Positions 20,550 to 31,124 of a stretch of DNA of 64,000 bases are shown piece by piece; positions within the stretch are counted from its first letter, which is position 1; the number at the start of each line of letters is the position of its first letter. A program made the translations under genes and the position numbers. The stretch is from an uncultured delta proteobacterium (GTDB taxonomy: Bacteria; Desulfobacterota; Desulfomonilia; UBA1062). The DNA lies in contig CAVVYZ010000022.1 in NCBI GenBank assembly GCA_963752595.1, positions 96,001 through 160,000 on the forward strand, read 5' to 3'. The notes under the pieces are model-generated. The model made no database searches. It saw nothing but the letters and a program-made list of their open reading frames with translations, and had not been told where the DNA came from.

Positions 20550-21406
20550 ATAGCGTGAATAATCCTCCAACCGGCCTTATGAGCGGACTCCCGGAAAAGA
20601 TCATCGACTTCCATGTTCACCTGTTTCCTGACGATCTGTTTGAGGCCATATGGGATTTTTTTAAAAGGCACTATGGTCTGGAGGTGGTCCATAAACTCTA
20701 TGCTCAGCAATGCATAGAGTATCTAAGGGATAAGGGCGTTGATGCCATCGTATACTCCAATTATGCCCATAAAAAGGGAGTGGCGGAAAGGCTGAACGAC
20801 TGGAATGTAAACCTCCTCGATCGAACGGAATCTCTCTACTGTTTTGCAGCTTTTCACCCTGATGATGACAAGGCCCTGGAAATGGCGGATCGTATCATTA
20901 CTCACCCCAGGGTGCTGGGTTTCAAGCTTCATTTCCTTGTGCAGTGCTTCTATCCCGACGACGAGCGCCTCTTCCCTCTGTATGAGATGGTAATGAAGCA
21001 TAACAAGAGGCTTCTTCTGCATATCGGCACAGGCCCCATAGGAAACGATTACACGGGTATCATACGTTTCAGGAACGTACTTGCCCGCTATCCTGATCTT
21101 CCCGCAAATATCGCGCACATGGGGGCATTCGAATTCGGTGAATTCTTCGATCTTCTGGGTGGTCATCCCAAACTATTCCTCGACACATCATACTGTTTCC
21201 TTCCCGGAAAATTCAGGATGTTCAAGCTGGAAAACGACCTCCTGGAAAGGTATCAGAACAGGATTCTTTATGGATCGGACTTCCCGAACCTTTTCCATCA
21301 CCGCCGGGAAGAGATCATGGCTCTGAAGGCATTGGGTCTCTCTCGGAGATTCTATGACCGTATCTTCCTGGAAAATGCAAAAACACTCCTTATGCCTGTT
21401 ACTTAG
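20546..21406 (+). CDS. Amidohydrolase_2 family metal-dependent hydrolase
   Basis: IIDFHVH, GFKLH, LHIG, IAHMG and YGSDFP motifs. Confidence 0.9.
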   Translation: MNSVNNPPTGLMSGLPEKIIDFHVHLFPDDLFEAIWDFFKRHYGLEVVHKLYAQQCIEYLRDKGVDAIVYSNYAHKKGVAERLNDWNVNLLDRTESLYCFAAFHPDDDKALEMADRIITHPRVLGFKLHFLVQCFYPDDERLFPLYEMVMKHNKRLLLHIGTGPIGNDYTGIIRFRNVLARYPDLPANIAHMGAFEFGEFFDLLGGHPKLFLDTSYCFLPGKFRMFKLENDLLERYQNRILYGSDFPNLFHHRREEIMALKALGLSRRFYDRIFLENAKTLLMPVT

Positions 21407-21527
21407 TGATATGGCCGGTTATCGCTGAATATCTGCCTTTTATATTCCCTAATGACCAGCAAATGCATCGGATCTTATTTTATTATCTATTTTTGACATT
21501 TATTGTGCATCCTTTTTAGATCCGGAT

Positions 21528-21629
21528 CATCAAAAATATATAAAAAGAGAAACAGACCTAAAGAAGCAAACATTTAACCTCCTCTTATAGGATGGCGCGT
21601 CCTATGCCCTAACCGCCATCCTTTTTTTT
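21528..21629 (+). ncRNA. Candidate sRNA copy A (anti-SD motif plus terminator); 5' end inferred
   Basis: TTGACA at 21493 with a weak -10, then AACCTCCTCTT, a 9-bp stem AGGATGGCG/CGCCATCCT and a T run. Homologous to 40333-40386. Confidence 0.5.
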
Positions 21630-21662
21630 GCCCTTTCCCTTGAAAATATCGATATAATTTAA

Positions 21663-23078
21663 GAGCCGATTGCAAAACTCACAACGAGGGATAATATTGC
21701 GAATCAGCATATAAGTAATGAAATAGTGATGAGAAAGCTCTATTCTTTTTGTGCTGAGCAAAAAGAAAGGAGAAGCGATGAGCAATCTCTTCGAGATATG
21801 GAATACCAGACAGGCGAGATTTTTCCATGGTTGGAAGAGAGACTCGATCCGTTGAGTGATAAGGAGCAGCAATTTGTGAGAGTTGTCTGTCTGATGGACC
21901 TGCCGAAGCACATGCAGGGGTATCGCTGGATCGGGATAGGGAGGAAGCGAGAGGACAGGGTCTCAATCGCCAAGGCGTTTGTGGCGAAGGCGGTATACAA
22001 TTTTGAGACGACGAAGGTGCTCATAGAGTATCTGAAGGGGTGCAAGAATCCGAGGCGGTTATGCGGATGGGAGACGAGAGGAGATATTCCCTCTGAGTCG
22101 ACCTTTTGCCGGGCGTTTGGGGAGTACTCCCATGGATGCCTGCCACAGAAGATCCACGAGGCCATGGTGGAGGAGCATTGTGGGGACAAGCTTGTGGGTC
22201 ATGTGAGCCGGGATGCGACGGCCATAGAGGCGCGAGAGACGAGAGAAGACGATAAAGAAAGAAGCGGGTGAAACTGCGTCGGTGCCGAAGAGGAAACGGG
22301 GTCGCCCCAGGCAGGGAGAAGAAGTTGCTCCCAAGCCTCCGAAGAGGCTGGATCTTCAGGTTGGCCGGAGCCTGGAGGAGAATCTAAAGGATCTGCCGTA
22401 TCACTGTGCTGTAGGGACCAAGGTAGACAGCAAGGGATACAAGATGACCCGGAGGGGATACAAGCTGCATATCGACTGTATTGATGGGGATATTCCGGTG
22501 AGTGCATTATTAACCTCTGCGTCATTGCATGATTCCCAGGCAGCGATACCGCTTATGCAGATGACGTCGAAGCGGGTGGTGAGTCTGTATGATCTTATGG
22601 ATTCCGCCTATGATGCGCCGCAGATCAAGGAATTCAGTGAGGCGCTCTCGCATGTTCCGATCATTGATCCCAACCAGAGGCGAGGAGAGAAGATCCCGCT
22701 TGATCCAGCCAGGAAAGCTCGTTTTGCGCAAAGGAGCAGTAGTGAGAGAGTAAACTCGTATCTGAAAGACAACCACGGAGGAAATCATATCCGGGTAAGG
22801 GGGGCATCCAAGATCATGGCACATCTCATGTTCGGGCTCATTGTCATAACCGCGAATCAGCTTTTTCAGATGCTTTGTTGAAAGGTGTACATGCAAACTA
22901 GGACATATTCTCGGTACTTCCTGTGCAGTATGGCGGACAGCTACGCCCGAAAATCCGCATTTGGGCAATTTTTAGAATGGTAACATCAGGTAAACAGCTC
23001 TCATGACCTTGAACATAGAAAGTAACAGCGGCTTTGGGCTTCAAAATCTAAACCGGCTGAGAGTTTTGCAATCGGCTC
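21663..23078 (+). mobile_element. Insertion sequence (IS5/IS1182-like DDE), 1416 bp
   Basis: Perfect TIR GAGCCGATTGCAAAACTC (21663-21680 and 23061-23078) flanked by direct repeat TTTAA (21658-21662 and 23079-23083). Confidence 0.92.
21779..22881 (+). pseudogene. DDE transposase split by frameshifts near 21810 and 22245 (may be assembly errors)
   Basis: PSESTFCRAF and SRDATAIEARE in one frame; GYKLHID, LHDSQ, MDSAYDA and ERVNSYLK in the next. Confidence 0.85.
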
Positions 23079-23156
23079 TTTAAGTATGGAATTTCCTATT
23101 CTGCATCAATGATTTGAGATCGTCTCCCGGCATATTACAATATACTTCTAACCGCT

Positions 23157-23194
23157 TTGCAATATGTGTGTTCGGTTGCAATATGTGTGTTCGG
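23157..23194. repeat. Perfect 19-bp tandem duplication
   Basis: TTGCAATATGTGTGTTCGG occurs twice in a row. Confidence 0.9.
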
Positions 23195-23225
23195 GCAGAA
23201 TATTAGTGCAGGAGTGTTTTGATTT

Positions 23226-26111
23226 ATGAGCAATGGAACGATTACCCATGCTTCGGAGGAGGCCCTGCAGAAAGAAATGAATAACCTTCGCAGGCTGCTC
23301 ACGGAAACCGATTTAAAAAAAACTGCTATTTTTCATAATGATACCTATACTTCTCTCCTGGAAGACCTTCCTGATCTCCTGTGCCTCTTCCGGCCCGACG
23401 GCCGGATTACCTATGCGAATGCAGCGTTCTGCAAATATTTCAGGAAGAAAAAGCGAGAAACCTTAGGCAGCATGGTTTATAGCTACATTCCCAGAAAGGA
23501 CAGAAAACGTTTTGCCCACCAGCTTGAAAATATCGGCCCAAGCAAGCCGGTAAGGAGATTCGAATATCGGATAATGCCTCTTGACGGACAGATGCAGTGG
23601 TATCAGTGGACGCTCAAGGCCTTGTTCGACGAATCCGATGCACCTGTTGATTATATCCTTACGGGCAGGGACATCACCAGCCTGAAATCCATGGAAGAGG
23701 ATCTTATAGATGCCCTGGAGAAATACGCCACACTCTTCGAATCTACGAAAGATGCCATCATTCTCACTGACAAGGACAGATTTATAGATTGTAACACGGC
23801 AGCTCTCAAGATATTTCGCTGCAGAGACAAGGATGCGTTCCTCCACAGCAATTTTAAAGACTTTTCTTTCCCTGACCTCTCGGGAAAGCATGAGACGGGC
23901 AACGAGCTGCAGAAGCATTTTGAGCGTGCATCCAGACTGGGTATGGACCGTTTTCAGTGGATGTGCAGGCGCTCGGATGCAACCGTATTCCCGGCCGACA
24001 TAATATTAAGCCCCTTCCCTCTGGGTGCAAAAAAGATCGTCGCTGCCGTTATCAGAGACATTTCCGAGTTGAAAGAAACCGAAGAAGCCTTGAGAAAAAG
24101 CAGGGAACAATACCGGGAACTGGTGGAAAATATTAATGATGCGATTTTCTCTCTGGATGAAAACGGCACTATTACCTATACAAGCCCGGTGATTAAAAAA
24201 ATAACGGGCTATAAACCTCAGGAAATGACCGGCAGGCATTTTACCGATTTCGTTTACGCTGAAGACAGTAAAAGAATAAGCAGCCGGTATTCAGAGCTCA
24301 GGTCAGGAAAAATCCTGTCTTTCGAATATAGGATTCTGAAAAAATCCGGCGCCCTCTGCTGGGTGAGTGCCTTTAACAAGCCCATCATAGAGGGAGACAG
24401 GCTGAGGATTTATGGTGTCGTAACGGATATTACGAACCGGAAAAAGGCAGAAGAAGAGCTGAGAAAGGCGTATGACGAGCTCGAAGCAAAGGTAAAAGAG
24501 CGTACCGAAGAGCTCATCGAGATCAACAAACGCCTCACTCAGGAAATCCAGGAACGGAAACTGATCGAAGAAACCCTCCGGACAAACGAAGAACGGTATC
24601 GAATGAAAGCAGAAGAGCTTGATGTCGTACTGAACGGTATAACCGACATCATCATGATGCAGGACACTTCCCTGAATATTATCTGGGCCAATGAAGCAGC
24701 CTCCCGAACCCTCTACCTTTCACCGGAAGAGCTCATCGGGAAAAAGTGCTACGAGCTTTGGCAGGGCAGCTCTGCGCCGTGCGATAAATGCCCGGTGACC
24801 AGGGCGGTAAAAACAGGCTTGCCCCATGAGGAAACGGTAAAAACAAAAAACGGTGCTCTCTGGCAGGTCATGGGCTACCCGGTCATGGACGACCACGGTG
24901 CCGTCAGGGGAGCAATCGAGATATCAAGGAATATAACGGGAAGAAAATACCTGGAGGAAGAACTCCAGAAGCGGTACAAGCTCGATTCCCTGGGTACACT
25001 TGCAGGTGGAATCGCACATGATTTCAATAATATTCTTACCGTAATCCTGGGCAATGTATCGTTTGCAAAAATGCTGATCGATGCCCAAGAAAAGGTTTAC
25101 GGCAGGCTGGATGACATCGAGAAGGTATCTATGAAGGCACAAGACCTCACCGGTCAGCTTCTGACTTTTTCCAAAGGGGGAAGCCCTTTGAAAAAGAAGA
25201 TGCACCTGGACCAGCTTCTGCGGGATACTGCCCATTTCGTACTCCGGCATTCCGAGGTCACTGCCCGTTTTCACACCGAAGCAGATCTCTGGCCTGTGGA
25301 AGCAGACGAGTCGCAGATCGCTCAAGTCATTCAGAATATTATCCTCAATGCCAGACAAGCCATGACCGATGGCGGGACGATTACCATAGAAGCCGGCAAC
25401 AGTTCACGATCGGACGACAACCCCCTCTTCTGTCCCGAGGGTAACCATGTAAAGATAACCATCAAGGACACAGGCTGCGGTATCGATGAAGCGGTTCTCA
25501 ACAATATCTTCGATCCCTTCTTCACTACGAAAAAGAAAAGTCACGGCCTCGGGCTCGCCACCTCTTATTCCATTGTGAGGAAACACGGCGGCCATATCAC
25601 TGCGTCGTCTACGCCCGGCAAAGGCACGACGATAACCATATATCTCCCTGCTCTAATCGAAACAAAAGAAGAGCCTCGCACGGAGATTCAGGAAACCTTC
25701 CCGGGCAAAGGCCGCATCCTGTTCATGGATGATGAGGCTTTCATCCGCGATCTGGCCAAGAGCATTCTTTCCCATCTGGGCTATGAAATTGTCTTTGCAA
25801 GAGATGGCAACGAAGCAATCCAGGTATTTGAAAAGGCAATGAAGGACGGTGAAGGCTTTGATGCCGTGATTCTGGACCTCACCGTTGTCGAAGGGATGGG
25901 CGGGAAGGAATGCATCAAAGAGTTGAAAAGGATGGATCCCGGGGTAAAGGCCATCGTATCGAGCGGCTACTCGAACGATCCTATCATGTCTGAACCGGGG
26001 AAATACGGGTTTACGGCTTTTATAGCAAAGCCGTATAGTATTCAGGCGCTCAGCTCGGTATTAAGAAACACTATCCAAAGAGAGGCCGTCTCCTGTGAGA
26101 TTACCGGATAG
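23226..26111 (+). CDS. Cytoplasmic multi-PAS hybrid sensor histidine kinase with receiver domain
   Basis: Four PAS-like units, H-box GIAHDFNN, DTGCG, FDPFFTTK, GLGL, and receiver ILFMDDE..ILDL..AKPY. Confidence 0.95.
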   Translation: MSNGTITHASEEALQKEMNNLRRLLTETDLKKTAIFHNDTYTSLLEDLPDLLCLFRPDGRITYANAAFCKYFRKKKRETLGSMVYSYIPRKDRKRFAHQLENIGPSKPVRRFEYRIMPLDGQMQWYQWTLKALFDESDAPVDYILTGRDITSLKSMEEDLIDALEKYATLFESTKDAIILTDKDRFIDCNTAALKIFRCRDKDAFLHSNFKDFSFPDLSGKHETGNELQKHFERASRLGMDRFQWMCRRSDATVFPADIILSPFPLGAKKIVAAVIRDISELKETEEALRKSREQYRELVENINDAIFSLDENGTITYTSPVIKKITGYKPQEMTGRHFTDFVYAEDSKRISSRYSELRSGKILSFEYRILKKSGALCWVSAFNKPIIEGDRLRIYGVVTDITNRKKAEEELRKAYDELEAKVKERTEELIEINKRLTQEIQERKLIEETLRTNEERYRMKAEELDVVLNGITDIIMMQDTSLNIIWANEAASRTLYLSPEELIGKKCYELWQGSSAPCDKCPVTRAVKTGLPHEETVKTKNGALWQVMGYPVMDDHGAVRGAIEISRNITGRKYLEEELQKRYKLDSLGTLAGGIAHDFNNILTVILGNVSFAKMLIDAQEKVYGRLDDIEKVSMKAQDLTGQLLTFSKGGSPLKKKMHLDQLLRDTAHFVLRHSEVTARFHTEADLWPVEADESQIAQVIQNIILNARQAMTDGGTITIEAGNSSRSDDNPLFCPEGNHVKITIKDTGCGIDEAVLNNIFDPFFTTKKKSHGLGLATSYSIVRKHGGHITASSTPGKGTTITIYLPALIETKEEPRTEIQETFPGKGRILFMDDEAFIRDLAKSILSHLGYEIVFARDGNEAIQVFEKAMKDGEGFDAVILDLTVVEGMGGKECIKELKRMDPGVKAIVSSGYSNDPIMSEPGKYGFTAFIAKPYSIQALSSVLRNTIQREAVSCEITG

Positions 26112-27117
26112 CGGCCAATATATCGGCTCCCTTATCGGTCAGTGCCTTGGCGATGCCGTCGGATTCCCGGTCGAAGGTCAGCCGTATGCCGTCTGCAAAG
26201 AATACGTGGAGGAAATAATTGAAGAAGGGCCTGGGCTGAGAGCCAGGCCCGGGTATGTTTTCGGCCAGTATACTGATGACTCGCAACTTGCACGCGAGCT
26301 GATTATCAGTTGCGTCTTATCCAGGGGCTTCAATCCTGAAGATTATGCCGGGCGGATAGCGGATATCTTCTCCAAGGGAAAAGTCGTGGGAGGAGGAACT
26401 GCTACCTGGGAGGCTGCAATCCGCTTGTCACAGGGCATTCCCTGGTACGAGGCAGGAACCCCAAGCCCGTCTGCCGGAAACGGAAGTGCCATGCGGGCAG
26501 GACCCGTCGGTCTGATGTTCTTCGACCGAACCGAATCCCTGATCAAGGCAGCACATGATCAGAGTATCATCACCCACAAGGATATCAGATGTTCCGTAGG
26601 TTCTGTAGCCATTGCCGGATCTGTCGCATTGGCCCTTGTAAACAAACCCGTTTCCAAGCCGGAGTTCATCAATGAGATATCGCGGCTGGTTGCGACAATC
26701 GACCCGTCGGCCGAAATCGCCTTTGCATCGCTGATCAACTGGATCGATCTTGAGCCTATCGATGCGCTCCGGGAAATTGTCAGTGCCGGGTATGCCTTTG
26801 GAGACTGGCAGGATTGGCAGGGACTGACCCAGTTTGTTACAGGAACCGTTCTTTGGAGCCTGTATGCGTTTCTGCACTCCCCGGAAAGCTACCTGGAGAC
26901 CCTTGCCTCTGCCATAGAAGTCGGTGGCGATGTTGACACCACGGCGGCAATGGCCGGGGCTATCAGCGGGGCCTACCTCGGAATCGAAAATCTTCCCGGC
27001 GAACTGATAACGCATCTCACAGACGAAGAAACATGGGGATTCGATGAACTCACCCAGTTGGCAATCGATCTCTATAATCTGAAAGTATTTCAAAAAAAGA
27101 TCCCGGCATATACCTGA
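26095..27117 (+). CDS. ADP-ribosylglycohydrolase family protein
   Basis: GDAVGFPVE, YTDDSQ, GNGSAMR, ITH and GGDVDTTAAMAGAISGA motifs. Confidence 0.93.
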   Translation: MRLPDSGQYIGSLIGQCLGDAVGFPVEGQPYAVCKEYVEEIIEEGPGLRARPGYVFGQYTDDSQLARELIISCVLSRGFNPEDYAGRIADIFSKGKVVGGGTATWEAAIRLSQGIPWYEAGTPSPSAGNGSAMRAGPVGLMFFDRTESLIKAAHDQSIITHKDIRCSVGSVAIAGSVALALVNKPVSKPEFINEISRLVATIDPSAEIAFASLINWIDLEPIDALREIVSAGYAFGDWQDWQGLTQFVTGTVLWSLYAFLHSPESYLETLASAIEVGGDVDTTAAMAGAISGAYLGIENLPGELITHLTDEETWGFDELTQLAIDLYNLKVFQKKIPAYT

Positions 27118-27237
27118 ACCGGCGCTTTTGCCGGTGTTTTGTCCTTGTCGGTTTTCCTTCCTGCCCGACTGCATTGACATGGGCTGAAGCAAATCCCTAC
27201 TTATATCATAACGAAGCAATCAAGAGGAGTTTCTCCC

Positions 27238-27624
27238 ATGAACGATAAAGAATATTTTGACAACACGAAAGGGAAAGGGGTTCTCGCTACGGCAGATGCC
27301 CAAGGTAATGTCGATGCTGCGCTCTATGCAAAACCTTTCTTCGTCGATGAAAAGACCGTAGTGTTCATCATGGCCGACCGGTTGAGCCATGAAAACCTGA
27401 AATCAAATGTCCACGCGGCATACCTCTTCATGGAGGAGGAAAACAGCTTGAAAGGAAGAAGGCTCTACCTGACAAAAATTCGGGAGGGAAAAAATTCCGA
27501 ACTCATCGATGAGTTGAGGCGCTTGAGAAATTATGCCTCTCAGGACAGGATATATGAAGAGGATTCATATCTTGTCTATTTTTCAATCGATAAAGTAACG
27601 CCTTTGATCGGGCACGGCTTATGA
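27238..27624 (+). CDS. Pyridoxamine 5'-phosphate oxidase-like FMN-binding protein
   Basis: GVLATADAQGNVDAA..HENLKSN pattern. Confidence 0.75.
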   Translation: MNDKEYFDNTKGKGVLATADAQGNVDAALYAKPFFVDEKTVVFIMADRLSHENLKSNVHAAYLFMEEENSLKGRRLYLTKIREGKNSELIDELRRLRNYASQDRIYEEDSYLVYFSIDKVTPLIGHGL

Positions 27625-28479
27625 ACCGGCAGAACCGGATTTATGCTTCCATAGAAGCCTGTTTACAAGGCCGGCAATGACCCCACCGAAGCCTATGATC
27701 AATGCGCAGGCGGTAAACAGCCGCCCAACAAAGGGAGCCATGCCTGCCAGGCTTATTGCCACAGTTCCGGCTAATGTTTCCAGAAGCATAGGTCTGTCCG
27801 GCATTTTCAAGGCGAGGAAGAGTTTTTTTCCTATGAGCTGGACAACGGCGACGTAGCCGATAAAAAATGCAATGCCCACCAGAAGCATCTCGAATGGGAT
27901 AAGGATGATGCCGATGATCGAAATAAGAAGCATGAACGCTACGGGGAAGATCGAAGCACTCCCGAGAATGCCTAAAAAGAATGTCTTCAGTAAAGCGTGC
28001 TCGATGGTAAAGGAAATATATCCGATGGCGCGGGGTGCTATGGCAACCGTGATCAGGGCAAGCGCGAGAAAGCCTATAAAGGGAAAGATGCTAAACGGGG
28101 TATGAAACCCGTAGGGCATATCCCGCCAATGGTCATTCCCGGGCATGATAAATGATTTTATCCGGGAGGGATCGATAACGGTGATATCTCCGAGAACCGA
28201 AGCGCCTTGCTCTTTCACCACCGTCCCACCGAGAGAAACGATATTCCCTTTGATTATCGAACCCGGCCCCAGGAACACTGATCCGCCCACGGCAACTACA
28301 TCATTCCTGACAAGCCCGTCCACACGGACATCACCGCCGAGCGAGACTGCCGAATCCACCTCTTGTCCCCGCTCCACGGTCGCATTCCTGCCCAGTTCGA
28401 CCAGGGTATCCGCCTTTGCATATGCCGGAATGCAGATCATGCACAGCATAACGGCCGGCCAGGTTATCATTCGCGTCAT
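27619..28479 (-). CDS. Membrane protein with N-terminal beta-helix (polymer-forming cytoskeletal-like) repeats
   Basis: Signal peptide, repeats VSLGGDV/VAVGGSV/VSLGGTV, then several TM helices. Confidence 0.7.
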   Translation of the reverse strand: MTRMITWPAVMLCMICIPAYAKADTLVELGRNATVERGQEVDSAVSLGGDVRVDGLVRNDVVAVGGSVFLGPGSIIKGNIVSLGGTVVKEQGASVLGDITVIDPSRIKSFIMPGNDHWRDMPYGFHTPFSIFPFIGFLALALITVAIAPRAIGYISFTIEHALLKTFFLGILGSASIFPVAFMLLISIIGIILIPFEMLLVGIAFFIGYVAVVQLIGKKLFLALKMPDRPMLLETLAGTVAISLAGMAPFVGRLFTACALIIGFGGVIAGLVNRLLWKHKSGSAGS

Positions 28480-28561
28480 GTCATCTGCTCCTGATTTTTT
28501 CCTGCTCTATCGTTGAGCACGATATACAAGGGACTTTGTTTCCTTTATACAGCTCTCCCTG

Positions 28562-29419
28562 TTACCCTCTGGAAAACCGCCTGATATTCACTATCCGCAA
28601 GATGAGCACCACGCTCAGGTATACTGCACCGGCCAGAAGAATGATCGTTGCTCCGGTAGGAAGTCCCGGCCCGTAACTTATAGCCAGCCCGCCTGTAGTG
28701 AATGCGGCGGAAAAAAACATGGAGAGCACCATCATGTGCCCGAGCTTCTTGGAAAAATATCCGGCTGTTGCCGGAGGCAGCGTCAGGAGTGCGATAACCA
28801 TGACAATACCGACCACGCTGAGCATGAGCACAACGGTCAATGCTGTCAGGCACAGGAGCAGAAGGTAATACACCTCGACTCGCACGCCGCGCAGAAGGGC
28901 AAATTCCTCATCGAAGCAGACGGCGAGGAACTTGTTGTAGAAGATAAGGACAAGGACGATGATGAGCAGATCGAGGCCTGCCATGAGCCAGATGTCTCCC
29001 TGTGTCACCATGAGGATGTTCCCGAAGAGATAGCTCATCAGATTCTCGCTGTATCCCGGGGTCTTGAAGATGAACATGATACCCGCCGCCATGCCGATTG
29101 CCCATACGGCACCGATCACCGTATCCTCCCGCTGCTTTGCTCGGAGGCTCACCAGGCCGATGATGACGGCGGAGAGGAGAGCTGCGATCGTTGCGCCGAT
29201 GAGGGGATGAAACCACTCCCATCTCAGCACGACCTCACAGTATCGTGCCGCACCCATCCCGCCCAGAACGCTATGGGAGATAGCTCCTGCGATATATGTG
29301 ATCCTCCTGGTGACGACATAACTGCCGATTATCCCGCATGCAACACTGGCAAGAAGGCCTGCCATAAGTGCATACCTGAGGAACGAAAAGCTCATGAGAT
29401 CGGACAAGAATTCAGTCAT
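28562..29419 (-). CDS. znuB: Zn/Mn ABC transporter permease
   Basis: ISHSVLGG, YLFGNIL, FDEEFA and VGIVMVIALLTLP motifs. Confidence 0.9.
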   Translation of the reverse strand: MTEFLSDLMSFSFLRYALMAGLLASVACGIIGSYVVTRRITYIAGAISHSVLGGMGAARYCEVVLRWEWFHPLIGATIAALLSAVIIGLVSLRAKQREDTVIGAVWAIGMAAGIMFIFKTPGYSENLMSYLFGNILMVTQGDIWLMAGLDLLIIVLVLIFYNKFLAVCFDEEFALLRGVRVEVYYLLLLCLTALTVVLMLSVVGIVMVIALLTLPPATAGYFSKKLGHMMVLSMFFSAAFTTGGLAISYGPGLPTGATIILLAGAVYLSVVLILRIVNIRRFSRG

Positions 29420-30170
29420 GCAGTTTCCCTTTTTTAGGATTCATATCATGATCATGCCTGACCATCTGTACCTTTGATCCATAAATCTCATTAATTATAT
29501 CTCCGGTAATATCACAGGTCGGATGGCACAGAAGCCTGCGGTTTACGCAGGCGACATTTTTCACGTGCCGTGAAACAAACCCGAGGTCATGGGTTACGAG
29601 CACGATGGTCATCTTCTGGTTCAGCTGATTGAGAAATTCGTAAAATTCCGTCTCTGCAGCGGCATCAACATTTGCCGTAGGTTCGTCGAGAAGCAGAAGA
29701 TCCGGGTGTGAGACGAGTGATCTGGCTATCAGCACCCGCTGGGTCTGCCCTCCGGAAAGGTCGGCGAACGGTCGGCTCCTCACCCCATAAAGATCCACTG
29801 TTCTAAGGGCCTCCTCTGCTGACAGTTTATCAGACTTGCTGTACCCCCCGAACCGTATGCCTGTCCCCAGACGTCCCATGAGGACGACGTCAATGACCGT
29901 TACAGGGAACAAGGGGTCAAGGGCGGTATGCTGCGGCATGTATCCGATTCTGGTTCGTGCCTTTTCCGGAGATGTCCCGAACACGCTCACCTTGCCTTTG
30001 TCCGGTTTTACGAGGCCCAGGATGAGCTTTAAAATCGTTGTTTTTCCACCGCCGTTCGGCCCCACGATGGACAGAAAATCCTGCTCTTGGATCTTTAAGC
30101 TCACATCTTCCAGGACCGGCATGCGCCCGTAGGTAAAGGATACCGCATCAAGTTCGATTACCGGCTTCAT
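29412..30170 (-). CDS. znuC: Zn/Mn ABC transporter ATP-binding protein
   Basis: GPNGGGKT, LSGGQTQR, LLDEPT; His-rich tail. Confidence 0.9.
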   Translation of the reverse strand: MKPVIELDAVSFTYGRMPVLEDVSLKIQEQDFLSIVGPNGGGKTTILKLILGLVKPDKGKVSVFGTSPEKARTRIGYMPQHTALDPLFPVTVIDVVLMGRLGTGIRFGGYSKSDKLSAEEALRTVDLYGVRSRPFADLSGGQTQRVLIARSLVSHPDLLLLDEPTANVDAAAETEFYEFLNQLNQKMTIVLVTHDLGFVSRHVKNVACVNRRLLCHPTCDITGDIINEIYGSKVQMVRHDHDMNPKKGKLHD

Positions 30171-30219
30171 CTTTTCACGATACCTCTCATATCCTATAAT
30201 CCCCTTTCATCTTCGGGTC

Positions 30220-31095
30220 TTACTTCCGACCCGCAAGAGAGGTCTTAATCGTTTCAGCCATTTTCTTCATTTCCGTGAGATAGTTCCCGGGAAGGGGGTT
30301 GATGGGGATGACCTCCCCTCCGATCGATTGGGCAATTGCCCGGGCAGCCCTTTGAGAGAACTGGGGCTGGACAAAGATAACCTTGACGTTTTCCTTTCTC
30401 GTGCTCTCTATCAGCCTGGCAATCTGTCTGGCGCTGGGCTCTTTTCCCTCAACTTCGAAAGCTACCTGCTGCAGCCCGTAGGATTCACAGAAATACCCGA
30501 AGGCGGGGTGAAATACATAAATTTTTCTGCCTTTGACGGGTGCGAGTATTCCCGTGATCTCGGAATCGAGTTTGTCCAGGTCCTTTTGGAAAACTTCCAG
30601 ATTCTTTCGATAAAATTCTCCATGAACCGGATCGATCTTCGTGAGCCCTTCGGATATATTCCGGGCAATTATCTTGACCCGCTTGGGATCAAGCCAGATA
30701 TGGGGGTCAGGCCCCTGCTCGCCGGAACCCGGCGAAAAAAAGAGAATTTTGACTCCCCTGGTTGTATCGATTATGGAAAGCTGTGGAAATAGGCCGGCAA
30801 TCTTCGGAACCAGGGCACGCTCGAAAGGTGCCCCGATCGTGAAGAAAACCCGTGAGCGAGCCAGTTTGGACATCTGGGCCGGAGTGGGTTCATACGTCTC
30901 ATGAGACTGTCCTTCGCCCACGAGGACACTGACCTCGACGTATTCCCCTCCTACTCTTTCCACAAAATACTTCTGCGAGATAATACTCACGAAGGCCTTG
31001 ATCTTCTCCCCTCCGGCCTGAGAGGCACTCGATGGGCACGCCATCAGGATGATGACGATCAGGCCTGTCAGAAAGGACAGTACCTTTCCCTTCAT
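30220..31095 (-). CDS. znuA: Zn/Mn ABC transporter substrate-binding protein
   Basis: HETYEP, DPHIWLDP and VFHPAFGYF motifs. Confidence 0.9.
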   Translation of the reverse strand: MKGKVLSFLTGLIVIILMACPSSASQAGGEKIKAFVSIISQKYFVERVGGEYVEVSVLVGEGQSHETYEPTPAQMSKLARSRVFFTIGAPFERALVPKIAGLFPQLSIIDTTRGVKILFFSPGSGEQGPDPHIWLDPKRVKIIARNISEGLTKIDPVHGEFYRKNLEVFQKDLDKLDSEITGILAPVKGRKIYVFHPAFGYFCESYGLQQVAFEVEGKEPSARQIARLIESTRKENVKVIFVQPQFSQRAARAIAQSIGGEVIPINPLPGNYLTEMKKMAETIKTSLAGRK

Positions 31096-31124
31096 ATTAT
31101 TTACCTCCGGGTCTTATCCCCATA

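Noticed and set aside
22230-22290. Programmed frameshift in the transposase
   Set aside because: No clear slippery heptamer, a second break lies near the start, and indels are common across the window.
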